Below are positions 47,538 to 57,562 of a stretch of 64,000 nt of DNA, piece by piece (positions within the stretch are counted from its first letter, which is position 1; each line of letters starts with the position of its first letter). The position numbers were made by a program, and so were the translations under genes. The stretch is from a virus: positions 25,929-89,928 of IMG/VR virus record IMGVR_UViG_3300025030_000068; one strand, written 5' to 3'. Under the pieces are notes generated by a model. That model was not told where the DNA came from. It saw only the letters and a program-made list of their open reading frames with translations, and did no database searches.

Positions 47538-48340
47538 TGAACGCGACTACTCTTGACACCTCCTCCCTCGTGTTCCTTTCCGATGGCGAACCCCGGACCA
47601 CCTCCCTCGCGATTGCCGAGGGTATGGAACTTCAGCACAAAAACGTCATCGAGCTTATCCGCACCTATCTTGCTGATTTGGCGGAGTTTGGCCCTCTCGC
47701 GTTTGAAACGCGGAAGGGGCAAGCGCTCCCTCATGGTGGTTTTGCCAAGGGGACTGAATATGCCGTCCTCAACCAAGAGCAGTCAACGCTGATCATGACC
47801 TACATGAAAAACACCGAGATTGCCCGCTCCTTCAAGAAGCGGCTGGTCAAGGCATTTTTCGCTCTGGCGCGTCAGGTGACCGGATCGTTCCTGTCGGTCT
47901 CCTCCCTGCAAAACTTCCGGGCACCGGTCGAGGCGACCATCGTCTTCGACGCCTTCCACAGCCTGGCGCTCAAAGTCGGCTTGGAAGGGAATCAGGCGGT
48001 CCTCTCTGCCAACATGGCGACCCGTGCCGCGACCGGGATCGATCCGTTGCAGCTTCTCGGCGCGACGCATCTGCAAGCCGGGAATCAGAACCGGCACTAC
48101 ACGCCGACCGAGCTTGGCACTCGCTTCAACATGACCGGGCGCGAGTTCAATATTGCCCTTGAGGCTGCTGGGCTGCAAACCCGTCACGGCAAGCAGTGGA
48201 TGCCGACGGTGAAGGGCCGGGCCTATGCCGTCCTCCTCGACACGCAGAAACGCAAGGGAACCGGGACGCCGATCCAGCAACTCAAATGGACCGCTGATAT
48301 CGTCGACGTCCTGCCGTCGCTGAAAGGTGGTGCCCAATGA
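47537..48340 (+). CDS. Rha-family regulator/antirepressor
   Basis: TTSLAIAE...HKNVIELIR...LNQEQ...FKKRLVKAF; C-terminal TPTELG...FN..L...GLQ. Confidence 0.85.
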   Translation: MNATTLDTSSLVFLSDGEPRTTSLAIAEGMELQHKNVIELIRTYLADLAEFGPLAFETRKGQALPHGGFAKGTEYAVLNQEQSTLIMTYMKNTEIARSFKKRLVKAFFALARQVTGSFLSVSSLQNFRAPVEATIVFDAFHSLALKVGLEGNQAVLSANMATRAATGIDPLQLLGATHLQAGNQNRHYTPTELGTRFNMTGREFNIALEAAGLQTRHGKQWMPTVKGRAYAVLLDTQKRKGTGTPIQQLKWTADIVDVLPSLKGGAQ

Positions 48341-48492
48341 TCCCCGCCAAAAAGCTGATCGAGGCGATGGCGCTGGCTGAGGCGATAAAGGTGCTGACAG
48401 AACACGATGCGTATCACGCTCCGGCGCATACGTTGAATGTTCTGGCGGCGATGGCTATCGAACGAATGACGGCGGTCCTGGAAACTGAGTGA
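48337..48492 (+). CDS. small hypothetical protein
   Basis: ATGA coupling; paralogue of 42222-42377. Confidence 0.6.
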   Translation: MIPAKKLIEAMALAEAIKVLTEHDAYHAPAHTLNVLAAMAIERMTAVLETE

Positions 48493-48494
48493 CA

Positions 48495-48533
48495 ATAAAA
48501 ACCCCCGGTCAGTGATGGCCGGGGGTTTTTTAT
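48495..48533. terminator. bidirectional terminator
   Basis: ATAAAAACCCCCGGTCA-GTGA-TGGCCGGGGGTTTTTTAT; same core as 42382. Confidence 0.85.
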
Positions 48534-48571
48534 CGTTCAAGGTCCGAACATTTGACTGTGAGGTCCGAACA

Positions 48572-48976
48572 TTACACCATTTTCTTGCGGGCCTTGATCG
48601 AGTAATTTTCGCCGGAGATTACGTGCTTGCCGTAGCTGCGGCTGTGGGTTGCAAACTTGCAGCCGGTGTACTGCTCAATCGTCTGGAAGGTGACGTTGTC
48701 CTGAATTTCGATCTCGAATTCCGGCGCAGTCAGCCAGTCGCCAGACTCCGGCACGAAGCCGAGCTGCTTCAGGCTTTTGCCGCTGACCATGTAGCGGCTG
48801 CCGGAAATGTTGTGGGTGAATTTGCCGGGGACGAACTCTTGCGTCTCTGGGGAGCCGAGCGCGTCGACATCCTGCAATCCGAAGTCGTCGCTGACCTCGA
48901 CGTTCTGAGCAAGGCCGATCACTTCTCCGCCGATCTTGAAGAGTGCCCGGTTGCCCGTCATGGTATTGAGTCCCAT
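48572..48976 (-). CDS. tail tube protein
   Basis: 134 aa after the sheath; TGNR...IGLAQ...FG...LGS...E.V. Confidence 0.85.
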   Translation of the reverse strand: MGLNTMTGNRALFKIGGEVIGLAQNVEVSDDFGLQDVDALGSPETQEFVPGKFTHNISGSRYMVSGKSLKQLGFVPESGDWLTAPEFEIEIQDNVTFQTIEQYTGCKFATHSRSYGKHVISGENYSIKARKKMV

Positions 48977-49023
48977 GATGTTACCTCCTTAAAAGAGCGC
49001 TCCCCGGAGGGAGCGGTAGATGG

Positions 49024-50784
49024 TTACAGGCTGACGGTGAATTTCGTCGGCAGCAAGTGGAACACGCTAAAGATCCATGAAATTGGCAACACCGGCTGCG
49101 CCGAGTAGTCGATGTAGCGGACCACTCCGTCCGCCCGGAGCACCGTTGCCTTCGGGTCGTAGCTGACGATCAACTCGTCGCGCATGGCCGCTTCCAGCAC
49201 CGCGTTGGTGATGCTGATGATGCTCTGGTCGATACCCGGTGTTCCCGGCTTGCCGATGATCAGCTCGTGGCGGTTGCGGACTTCGCGGGCGATGTAGTCG
49301 GCGCCGCGTCCGACCGAGAACTCGACGCGGTAGAGGTCGGCGTCCTGCGCCCAAGTGGTGAGCTGCCGGGAGATCACGAAGCCGGCCCCCTGCACAAGAT
49401 CCTTGATCGGCACCGCGAGGTGGGCTTCGAGGAGGTCGTCGATCTCGGTGTTACGCAGTTCCACTTCAAGGCCGAGGCAGTTGAGGTACTTGCGGGTTAG
49501 CGGAGTAACGACCGAGGCGCCGCCAGCGATGCCCGCGTACATGACGGCGGTGATATAGGCCGGGTAGAGCTTGCTGACGCCATTCGGGTCATAGTGCTTC
49601 GAGCCGAGGCCGACGTGGACGGTGCGGTCGTTGTTGAGGGCGGACGCTTCCGCTTTGATAACTCCCATCGCCGTGATGCGGTTGGCTTCGCTACTCCACG
49701 ACTGCAGGGCGCCACCGACGAACTGCCGCCGCTCGCTTTTCCCTGCCGGGCCGCTCATGAAAGTACAGTGCGCGTCGCCGAGGGCATGGATCGAGGCCGA
49801 GGAGGAGAGGGGGACGATGATGTCGATGTCGACGGTCTTCAGCTCGTTGAAAGCCGAAACCCAATCATCGTTGGTGGTGGCACCGTCAGCGCCGCCGGCA
49901 AGGTAAGCCCATGCGCTGTTGGCCGGGACGGCTCCGGCTCCGGCGATGCGGGTTGCCGCGACGTAGGAGCTGCGCTCATTGAGGCGGTCGACGATCGCTT
50001 GCAGGTCGGAGGTGATGGTCGCTGCCGTGGTTTTGACCGACTCTGCCGTGAAGGCGTCAAGCTGCAAGCAGAGATCGGTTTTAGCTGACTTGGTGACCGC
50101 AACGGCAGTGTAAAAGCCGCTGGCGTTGATCGCGTCGATCAAGGACTGGATGGTCGGGTAGCTGTCGAAGTCGAGAGAAAGGTTCTCGGCGCCACCTGTT
50201 GCCGTGGTGGTGGTCAGCTTGTGATTGCCGGCGCCGGTCGCGACGTTGATCGTCACGGTTGCGGTCGCTGCGGCTCCGGTATAGAGCAGGGTAAAGCTCG
50301 GCTTGGCAACGTCGTCGTGGACCTCGGAGACGTCCTGAAAGCCGATAGTGATCTTCTTGCCGGTGTTGGTGCCGGCCTCGACTTTGGCCTTGATCTGGTT
50401 GGCGACCAATCCGTACAGGTATGAGTCGAGAGTGATAACGTCCGCCGCTGCTGCCGAGGCAAGGTTCTTGGTCGCCTTGGTCGCCGGGTTGACCGGCAGG
50501 AGGTAGACTTCGCTCGCGCCGGGGATGCCCTTGGAGGGGTTGAAGACCAGAGAGGCGGCCAGCCGGGCCTCTTCCCATGCCGGAGCAATCAGGAAATTGC
50601 CGAGGGTCGAATCGATCCGGGTCAGTTTCTTCGGCTCAAGGAGCCCGGTCATTTCCGCCATGATGACGACCTTGTTGGCCGAGCCGAGCTGTACCGGACT
50701 CAGAGCCGACGAGTCGATCGCGGAAGCGGCTTGCGGGCGCACATAGTACGTCCCCTTCCAAGTAACGCCAGTTTTTACTCCCAT
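49024..50784 (-). CDS. tail sheath protein
   Basis: 586 aa; LAGGADG, PLTRK and other sheath motifs; precedes the tube. Confidence 0.9.
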   Translation of the reverse strand: MGVKTGVTWKGTYYVRPQAASAIDSSALSPVQLGSANKVVIMAEMTGLLEPKKLTRIDSTLGNFLIAPAWEEARLAASLVFNPSKGIPGASEVYLLPVNPATKATKNLASAAAADVITLDSYLYGLVANQIKAKVEAGTNTGKKITIGFQDVSEVHDDVAKPSFTLLYTGAAATATVTINVATGAGNHKLTTTTATGGAENLSLDFDSYPTIQSLIDAINASGFYTAVAVTKSAKTDLCLQLDAFTAESVKTTAATITSDLQAIVDRLNERSSYVAATRIAGAGAVPANSAWAYLAGGADGATTNDDWVSAFNELKTVDIDIIVPLSSSASIHALGDAHCTFMSGPAGKSERRQFVGGALQSWSSEANRITAMGVIKAEASALNNDRTVHVGLGSKHYDPNGVSKLYPAYITAVMYAGIAGGASVVTPLTRKYLNCLGLEVELRNTEIDDLLEAHLAVPIKDLVQGAGFVISRQLTTWAQDADLYRVEFSVGRGADYIAREVRNRHELIIGKPGTPGIDQSIISITNAVLEAAMRDELIVSYDPKATVLRADGVVRYIDYSAQPVLPISWIFSVFHLLPTKFTVSL

Positions 50785-50786
50785 TG

Positions 50787-51029
50787 TCAGTTACCTCCCT
50801 GTTGTGAAAGCCATTCGCTCCATGTGAGCCGGGTCGGCTGGCTGCGGAAAAGTTCGAGCAGCCGTGCCCACTCGGAGCGCATTTTGTGGCCGTTGATTTG
50901 TTCCTTGCTCATGAGTGCCTTGAAGGCGCCCTTGATCTCTGCTTGTGCGTTGCCGAACTCACTGAGGAATTCGTCGACCGAGAGCTTGAACTCCTGCGGC
51001 TCGGTCTGTTCGGTGTCCTTCTTCTTCAT
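50787..51029 (-). CDS. small conserved protein upstream of the sheath
   Basis: GGAGG RBS; syntenic position. Confidence 0.6.
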   Translation of the reverse strand: MKKKDTEQTEPQEFKLSVDEFLSEFGNAQAEIKGAFKALMSKEQINGHKMRSEWARLLELFRSQPTRLTWSEWLSQQGGN

Positions 51030-51066
51030 GCAACCTCCGTTTTATATGGGGAACACTTCGGGCGCG

Positions 51067-51726
51067 TTACAGCGCCGTGTTGTCGCCTGTGGCATAAACT
51101 CCGACCGGCAGAGTCTTGTTCCATGTGTTTTCCAGCTTGGCGGTGATTCTCACTCCCCGGACGAAGGCTTCCAGCGGCTGCAGCGCTCCTTTTTCAAGGC
51201 GGATGTCCGCGAGGGAGATATTGACTTCCAGTATCCCCTTGGCGCCGATTTCGCCGATGTTCTGGCAGATGAAATACTGGCAGAATCGGGAGAGCCAGAT
51301 CGCCTCGTCCTTGGTTGCGGTGATCACGTCGATGTTGAAGCTGGCCTGCTCGTAATAGCCATAGGGTTGCTTCCAGCCGGTGAGCGTCTCTCCGTCGTCC
51401 GCGTAGACCGCTGTGGCCTCGCCAACGATATCGCCAAGGAAGCGATCGGTACTCGGCGACTCCCCGTGGTAAATGCCGATCTGCGGAAAGGGCAGCTCCG
51501 CCGAGGGGAAGTGGGGGAGGATGAAGACCCGCTTGCCGTCTTCGCTGCGGTCTCGGTTGCTGCCGACAAAGACCTTTCCGCGCAGGTAGGTGCCGATCTG
51601 CAGCTGCTCTTCGCTACTGCGGTCTTCGAAGAGATCGCTGATGATCTCCTGCGGGTCCATTTGCGCCGCAAGGAATTCCCGCAGGAAGAGGTCTTTGAGA
51701 ATGAGGTCGACGTTCGGGAAGCCCAT
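51067..51726 (-). CDS. tail terminator/completion protein
   Basis: Synteny; FP...FPQIGI; start MGFPNVD. Confidence 0.6.
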   Translation of the reverse strand: MGFPNVDLILKDLFLREFLAAQMDPQEIISDLFEDRSSEEQLQIGTYLRGKVFVGSNRDRSEDGKRVFILPHFPSAELPFPQIGIYHGESPSTDRFLGDIVGEATAVYADDGETLTGWKQPYGYYEQASFNIDVITATKDEAIWLSRFCQYFICQNIGEIGAKGILEVNISLADIRLEKGALQPLEAFVRGVRITAKLENTWNKTLPVGVYATGDNTAL

Positions 51727-51731
51727 TGTCT

Positions 51732-52481
51732 TTATCCTGTGAAGGTGACGTCCATGCCGATAGTGGCGGTAGGGACGAGGTCTTTGATCGCGGCCTCTCT
51801 CAGCATCGCTTCCACGGCTGGCTGGCAGTAGCCGGCGACCTTTTCGGCGATGTGGTGCGCTTTGTAGCCGGGGTGCCACCAGCTGCCGGGGTCGCTGTTG
51901 TCGGAGACGACCCGGAACGTCAGGTATTTGCTCTGGGTGGCGTTCTCGTAGGTCTTGGTGACCTTAGTCATCCCCTCGAACCTGCCGTTCTTGTGCTGGT
52001 ACCCGGTGCTGGCGTTCTGTTCTGCCGGGTGCCGGCCCTCGGTGCCGGTCAGGCGCCCGCCCGGTTTCAGCTTGGTCGCCTGCGCCAGTATGTCCCGTGG
52101 CATCGTCGGAAAGTTGCTGTTCGGGGCATGGTTGGCGGTGGTGCCGTGCCGGAAGGGGATAATGTTGTAACGGCCCTTCTTGCCGATCCGGGCTTTGGGA
52201 CCACCGAGGAGCATCGGCTTCATGTCCCACTTCGCCTTGCCGTATTCGAGGTCTTTGGCGGCTTGTGAAGTGGCGATGATGAACTGCCTCAGGTCGGCGC
52301 CGCCCTGCACTCGTTGGCCAAGGACGATGCTGTCAGCGTAGGCTTTTCGCAGACCGATGTTGGCTTTGATCTCTGGCACTCCCGGCAACGGCTGGGCGCC
52401 CATGACCGCCTGCTGCCATGTCGCTTGGACGTAGCTGGCGGCGAGGTTGATGGCGGCGTTGAGGTTAGGGAGGTCACTCAT
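51732..52481 (-). CDS. neck protein
   Basis: WDMKP...YNIIPFRH...YLTFRVVSDNS...WWHPG motifs. Confidence 0.7.
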   Translation of the reverse strand: MSDLPNLNAAINLAASYVQATWQQAVMGAQPLPGVPEIKANIGLRKAYADSIVLGQRVQGGADLRQFIIATSQAAKDLEYGKAKWDMKPMLLGGPKARIGKKGRYNIIPFRHGTTANHAPNSNFPTMPRDILAQATKLKPGGRLTGTEGRHPAEQNASTGYQHKNGRFEGMTKVTKTYENATQSKYLTFRVVSDNSDPGSWWHPGYKAHHIAEKVAGYCQPAVEAMLREAAIKDLVPTATIGMDVTFTG

Positions 52482-52482
52482 G

Positions 52483-53118
52483 TCATTGCTCGTAAATATG
52501 TTTCTTACGCAGCAGCACGCGGCTGCCGATATCGACTCCGTGGCTGACCCGTGTGGCGGGTGCCTCCACTGCAATCCACTCGACCATGCCGCGATACTTG
52601 ATGCTGTATTTCGTGCCGGGTCCGGGCGCCTTGGCGGTGAGCGCCTTCCCTACCCATGTCCAGACGATCGAGCGACCGTCGAGTTTGAAGTCGACGTTCT
52701 CGATATATTTGATGCGGTCGATGTCGTAGCAGACGATGGCGTCGGTCGCCGGGTAATAGAGGATGTCGCTGTCACCAAAGCCGCGCACCAGCGCTTCCCC
52801 CTGCCCGTGCGGGATCGGCCAGGTAAAGATGATCTTGTCGCCCTCGCTGACGATATCGGTCGAGAGGGGGGAAAAGACGCAATCACCGGGGAGCGCGACT
52901 CCCGATTCCAGCCAGTCCTTGTGCATGCTGATCGCCGTCACCAGACCAATCAACTGTTGCGACTCCGGGAAGAACCAGCCGCCCAGCTCATGCAGGTCGC
53001 AGTTCGGGTCCGGCTGGCCGTGGTCGTCGTGGCAGGGGCAGCGGGTACCGACCGCATGGGTGACGTACTCGCCTTCGGCTTCGACGAAGTTATTGATGGC
53101 GTCGACCGGGATCGTCAC
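52483..53118 (-). CDS. head-tail connector/neck protein
   Basis: CPC...PDPNC..H..GGW; GTG start overlaps the upstream TGA. Confidence 0.6.
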   Translation of the reverse strand: MTIPVDAINNFVEAEGEYVTHAVGTRCPCHDDHGQPDPNCDLHELGGWFFPESQQLIGLVTAISMHKDWLESGVALPGDCVFSPLSTDIVSEGDKIIFTWPIPHGQGEALVRGFGDSDILYYPATDAIVCYDIDRIKYIENVDFKLDGRSIVWTWVGKALTAKAPGPGTKYSIKYRGMVEWIAVEAPATRVSHGVDIGSRVLLRKKHIYEQ

Positions 53119-54476
53119 AGCGTCACCATTGACAGACCGCGATACTGATTTTTGATCTTCGGCAGATTCTCCTTGATCCACTTCTCGTTGTTCTCGATCG
53201 TCGCCGAGTAGATGCCGTAGCTGGCGCTGGCCGTGTAGCTGACCGAGCGGCTCACGCCGTCTTTGCTGGTACTCTCCGAGGAGAAGCCGCCGCGATAGGC
53301 TTGCCCGGCAATGGTCAGGATGCTGACTGCGGCCTTGAAACCAATCAGCTTAAGAATGTCCGCAGGCGTCTCCGGCAGCCCAGCCACAGCAATGTAGCGC
53401 CAGAAGTCGGCAATGTATTCTCGGAATCCCCAGAAGTTGATCTGCTGGAAGAACGTGTACATATAGCTGTACTGCCCGTTGTAGGGGAGGATGTCGAGGC
53501 TGCCGCTCTTCTTGTTGATCGCAAAGGCGCCGCTAGAGATTTCCAGTGCAGACGAGTTGCCGATGTAGCCGGCGACCTTGTCGACGCTCAGCAGCTGGTG
53601 GAAAGGAAGGTCCAGCTTCCATGCGAGCGAATTGTTGTTGAAATCGCGGGCGGTGTACATCACCGGGACAGCCTTGCGGTCATAGAAAGCGCCGGACTCC
53701 GAATAGTAGGGCTCGGTGGCGACTCGGTATGGCTCGACATAGACTTTTAGCAGGGTGTTCTCGACTTCGCTGATGGCCTTATCGATCTCCGCCCGCAGCT
53801 TGTCGTCTTCCCAATACTGTTTGTCGACCACGATCCCCTCGGAGGCGTCGGCGACCGGCAATTCGAATTCGTCGATATTGACCTCGGCATAGCCACCGCG
53901 CGGGTCCAGAAGAATCTCGCTGGCTCCGGTGATCGGGATCGCCGGACCTCCCCCCCATGACAGCGTTGCCGGGTTGCCGTCGACCTCTGCCGTGAAGACG
54001 AGGCCGTAGGTGGTCTTGCGGGTGTTCTCGGAGAGGCGATAAAAAGTGACGCCGGTCACCGCTGACGGCTGCCGTTTCGGGAATGGCATATCGGAGGCGT
54101 AGAGGGGGACACCAAAGCAGTACCCGTTCCGCATCTCCTCGACGGTGATCAGCGCAATTTTGAAGACGTCCGTGCTGGCGGTGACGGCTCCGGCTGTGGC
54201 CTCGACCAAGTACTCTCCCCGGACGCAGAGAGGGATGCCGCTGGCATCCTTGATCTCCGGCAGGTCAAAGGTGGCGACGTGCCCCTTCGGGTAGTCTCCG
54301 GCCAGGACGATCTCCTGCGTGGAGACGACCGGCCCACCTTTACGCCGCAGAGCGATAGTGACTGTCTCGGCCAAGCCCGTTGCCGGGGTCGGCAGGAGGC
54401 GCACCTTGACGATGCTCCTTGCCGATTCATGCCGTGAGTATTCGCTTTTGTCGGTTTTCAGGATCAGGCCGGTCAT
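53115..54476 (-). CDS. head-tail adaptor protein
   Basis: Y.FGVP...S.S.DGVS.S...TASA...YSA.I motif. Confidence 0.65.
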   Translation of the reverse strand: MTGLILKTDKSEYSRHESARSIVKVRLLPTPATGLAETVTIALRRKGGPVVSTQEIVLAGDYPKGHVATFDLPEIKDASGIPLCVRGEYLVEATAGAVTASTDVFKIALITVEEMRNGYCFGVPLYASDMPFPKRQPSAVTGVTFYRLSENTRKTTYGLVFTAEVDGNPATLSWGGGPAIPITGASEILLDPRGGYAEVNIDEFELPVADASEGIVVDKQYWEDDKLRAEIDKAISEVENTLLKVYVEPYRVATEPYYSESGAFYDRKAVPVMYTARDFNNNSLAWKLDLPFHQLLSVDKVAGYIGNSSALEISSGAFAINKKSGSLDILPYNGQYSYMYTFFQQINFWGFREYIADFWRYIAVAGLPETPADILKLIGFKAAVSILTIAGQAYRGGFSSESTSKDGVSRSVSYTASASYGIYSATIENNEKWIKENLPKIKNQYRGLSMVTL

Positions 54477-54486
54477 CGGTTATCCT

Positions 54487-54708
54487 TTACTTCGCTACAA
54501 CCGTTTTTGCTTCAGTGGCGGTCGCGGCCAGAGTGGCAGCATAGTCGGTGCCGGTCACTCCGCCATCGAGGTCGAGCTTGGCGAGCAGGGCAGCGTATTG
54601 GGTCTTGAGGACTTCCATCTCGTTGACGAGCACATTAAACTCGGCACGCATTGATTCAAGATCTTTACCCCCGACACTGCGGGTGGTCTTGCGGATTGTT
54701 CTGGCCAT
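54487..54708 (-). CDS. small virion-associated protein
   Basis: LLAKLD.D.GVT.TDY motif. Confidence 0.55.
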   Translation of the reverse strand: MARTIRKTTRSVGGKDLESMRAEFNVLVNEMEVLKTQYAALLAKLDLDGGVTGTDYAATLAATATEAKTVVAK

Positions 54709-54737
54709 GACTGGCTACCTCCTATGGGGTTGGTGCC

Positions 54738-55286
54738 CTACCCTTGCAGCTCGGTCATGCGTCCGTTCAGCACGGTCAGGCGGTTCTCTTTCGGCTCTTC
54801 TTTGGCGATCTCAATGGCGATGACCTCCTTGATCAAGTCGATGCTCTCGCACTTCTTGATGGCGGCCTTAAAACGGTTGAAGTTGGCGTCAGCAGCAAGC
54901 TCGGCAGCGGTGCCGTCCGTTTTGCCTTGGTCGTTACCCTTATTTTCGTTTTCGTCGCTCACAGCGCCGGATTTAGTGCCTTCTCTGCCGGATTCTGCGG
55001 ACAGCTTGGACTTCTCTTCCGCTTCCCGCTCCGCCTTACCCGCTGCGGCTGCCGCTTCGAGGGTGTCGTTGGCGGTCTGCTGGAGATCATCGGCACTCTG
55101 TCCCGGCTTCCAGAAGTCTTTAGGGAGGCGCAAGAGGACGCTGGCTTCGTCGTGATCGACCATAGCGACACCGACGGTCTTGCCGTCACGTGTCTTGCTC
55201 TCGAACGTAATCGTGCGGGATTCGCCATTGACGCTGACCGACATGGTGCCGATATTTCGGGAAATGATCTGGATCGACTTGCTCAT
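54738..55286 (-). CDS. hypothetical protein following the major capsid gene
   Basis: AAGGAG RBS; C-terminal E...R.TVL...R helix motif. Confidence 0.6.
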   Translation of the reverse strand: MSKSIQIISRNIGTMSVSVNGESRTITFESKTRDGKTVGVAMVDHDEASVLLRLPKDFWKPGQSADDLQQTANDTLEAAAAAGKAEREAEEKSKLSAESGREGTKSGAVSDENENKGNDQGKTDGTAAELAADANFNRFKAAIKKCESIDLIKEVIAIEIAKEEPKENRLTVLNGRMTELQG

Positions 55287-55310
55287 GGTTTGCTCCTTGA
55301 ATTTAAGTTA

Positions 55311-55336
55311 AGCCGGGGAGGATCGCCTCCCCGGCT
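55311..55336 (-). terminator. hairpin after the major capsid gene
   Basis: AGCCGGGGAG/CTCCCCGGCT stem. Confidence 0.55.
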
Positions 55337-55359
55337 GTTCTACATAGGAAACACTTCAA

Positions 55360-56799
55360 TTACGCCGGAGTATAGGTTCCGCAGTTCTTGAAGATTTTGA
55401 GGCGGTTCGGAGCCTTGACGACCGGCACCATGTAGAGCATGAGCAGGAACGGCAGGGTGGTCCCGACCAAGGGCAGGGGCAGCTTCATGAGCGGCGACAT
55501 CTGCGCGATGGCAAGGTCTTTCGGGTCCGGCTTCATGAGGATGCAGACGCCGTTCTCTTCCTTGCCGGCAGCGGACAGGGTGCGCCATTCGTTGCGGTCG
55601 ACGAATGTGATGTTGCCGCTGGAGCTTTGAGGCACTTTCGCGATCCACTGTGCATCGGACCCGTCGTCGACAAAGCCGCGATAGATGCGGTAGCCGGTGG
55701 CACCAGCAAGGCGGGTAATGACGGTCGTAACCTTGGTGGTGGCGTCGGCGACGACGGCTGCCGTGGTGGTGACGCCGAGGGACTCGCCAGTGTCGTTGAA
55801 GGCCGCGATGGTGTAGTAGTAGGTACCGGCGACGAATTTGCCGGCGGCATCGTCGGCGGCGGTGGCCTGGGTGGTGATCGCCGGGGTGGCGGGGGCTCCG
55901 GCGACAGCAGCTTCGACCGGCATGTTGGTGTCGACTTCCTGCGACATGATCGTGTGGTCGAAACCAATCGTGCCGTAGTTCGTGTCGTACTTGTTGACGA
56001 CGCTGCCGGGGGTATATGCCTGCCCGGTCGCAAGGTCTTTGTTGAATCTCTGCAGGTTGCGGGTGTTGAACAGCTTGTTGAGACCGCCCATGACGTGGAT
56101 GGAGCCGAGGGCTTCATACCCGTTGACGGTTGCCTGCTTGCCGACTTTCAGGAACTTCTCGGCGGCATCGTCGAGTTCGTCGAAGGAAAGGGGCTCACCT
56201 TCCATGTCGATGACGTTCTCGGCAAAGTTGGTGGTCAACTGTGCGAGCAGACCGTCGAAGTTGGCCTCGACGCCGTTCTCGTCGAGGACGAGCTTGTTGC
56301 CGAACAACAGTTCGCGCTCGACTTTGTCGAGAAGCTCGATGGAGCGGTCCTGGTTCTCGCGGACGCTGGGGTCTTCGAAGGCGCCGCCGTTGCTGCCGAC
56401 GGTCTGCATCTGGAGGGTGATCCCGCCAGCGACCCCGAGGTATTTGTTGCGGATGGTTTCACGCTTGAAGCTCGACACACCACCATTGGGGGCGCCGCCT
56501 TCGCGGAAGCCAGCACCGCCGCGACGGCTGGAGCCGAAGGAGGTGTGGACGTTATACTCGTAGAGCGGGGTGGCGCTGGGGACGCGCGGGAGCTTGTTGA
56601 ACAGCTTGATGTGCTCCTGAGTGATCAGGGTGCTGGTCATCAAGGCGTCGAGGTTTTCCAGCATGAGCGGGCCGTTGCCATTGGCAAGGGCTGTGCCGGT
56701 CTGGGTGTTGAGGGCTTTGGCGAATTCCTCGACGTAGGTGTCGACGTTCATCCCCATCCCTGCGGATTTCAGCATCTGGTCGAACGACTGAATGTTCAT
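55360..56799 (-). CDS. major capsid protein (SPO1/Twort-like)
   Basis: L..ENLD, YEYN, E..LFG, FDGL; Ig-like insert GTYYYTIAAFNDTGES; PLMKLPL. Confidence 0.9.
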   Translation of the reverse strand: MNIQSFDQMLKSAGMGMNVDTYVEEFAKALNTQTGTALANGNGPLMLENLDALMTSTLITQEHIKLFNKLPRVPSATPLYEYNVHTSFGSSRRGGAGFREGGAPNGGVSSFKRETIRNKYLGVAGGITLQMQTVGSNGGAFEDPSVRENQDRSIELLDKVERELLFGNKLVLDENGVEANFDGLLAQLTTNFAENVIDMEGEPLSFDELDDAAEKFLKVGKQATVNGYEALGSIHVMGGLNKLFNTRNLQRFNKDLATGQAYTPGSVVNKYDTNYGTIGFDHTIMSQEVDTNMPVEAAVAGAPATPAITTQATAADDAAGKFVAGTYYYTIAAFNDTGESLGVTTTAAVVADATTKVTTVITRLAGATGYRIYRGFVDDGSDAQWIAKVPQSSSGNITFVDRNEWRTLSAAGKEENGVCILMKPDPKDLAIAQMSPLMKLPLPLVGTTLPFLLMLYMVPVVKAPNRLKIFKNCGTYTPA

Positions 56800-56829
56800 C
56801 TTGTTTCTTCTCCTTTTCCTTGGCGGCTG

Positions 56830-57543
56830 TTACTGCTGTTCGAGTTCTGATTTAACGAAATCAGGGAGGGCGTCGTACCCTTTGACCGCATAAATCGACA
56901 GAAATTTCGCATCGACTTTTTTCGCCACAACGAGGTTTTGCAGGTCTTCCGCAATCTCGCTCTTGCTTTTCTTGAGCGTGTCGACGACGTTTCCGGGCTC
57001 TTTGCCAGCGCCGAGGAATCCAGGGCGGTGGGCAGCGGGACCGGCGCCAGCGTCTTCGATGGACTTGGTCATCGTCTCGGTCATGCCGGCGAGGGCCTTG
57101 GCCATCTTGATCTGGAGGTTGAGGGCGGCCATCTGCGACTTCTCGATGGTACGAAGGCGCTGATCGAGGTTGCCCATCGACTTGTGGATGGTGTCTTCCA
57201 GTTCGGCATAGGCTTCACTGGCTTTGACGAGTTCTTCGTGGAGGTCGTCTTCCGGCATCGACTTGTCCATGTCGTCGTCGTCCTCTTTGTCGTCGTCCTC
57301 TTTGTCCGAGTCGCCGCCTTCGTCGTCTGCATCGCCGTCGTCGGACTTGAGCAGATTGTCCTGCTCTTCGAGGGCCTTGATCATGTCGTCGAGGCTCTCC
57401 TCGTCGCTGTCGGATTTGGTCAGGTCGTCAAGTACGGCCAGCGCTTTTTCCAGCGTTTCGCCGTCCAGACCCTGCTCCTTCAGGGCTTTCTCGATGTCCT
57501 CGGTGGACATCCCTTCTGCTTTCATTTCTTCGGCTGTCTTCAT
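56830..57543 (-). CDS. capsid scaffold protein
   Basis: Highly acidic coiled coil between protease and capsid; many hydrophobic-x-K-[SA] motifs. Confidence 0.75.
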   Translation of the reverse strand: MKTAEEMKAEGMSTEDIEKALKEQGLDGETLEKALAVLDDLTKSDSDEESLDDMIKALEEQDNLLKSDDGDADDEGGDSDKEDDDKEDDDDMDKSMPEDDLHEELVKASEAYAELEDTIHKSMGNLDQRLRTIEKSQMAALNLQIKMAKALAGMTETMTKSIEDAGAGPAAHRPGFLGAGKEPGNVVDTLKKSKSEIAEDLQNLVVAKKVDAKFLSIYAVKGYDALPDFVKSELEQQ

Positions 57544-57562
57544 TGTGGTGCCTCCTGTTTGT

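Noticed and set aside
57240-57350. GTC-rich DNA repeats
   Set aside because: They encode the poly-Asp tract of the scaffold protein.
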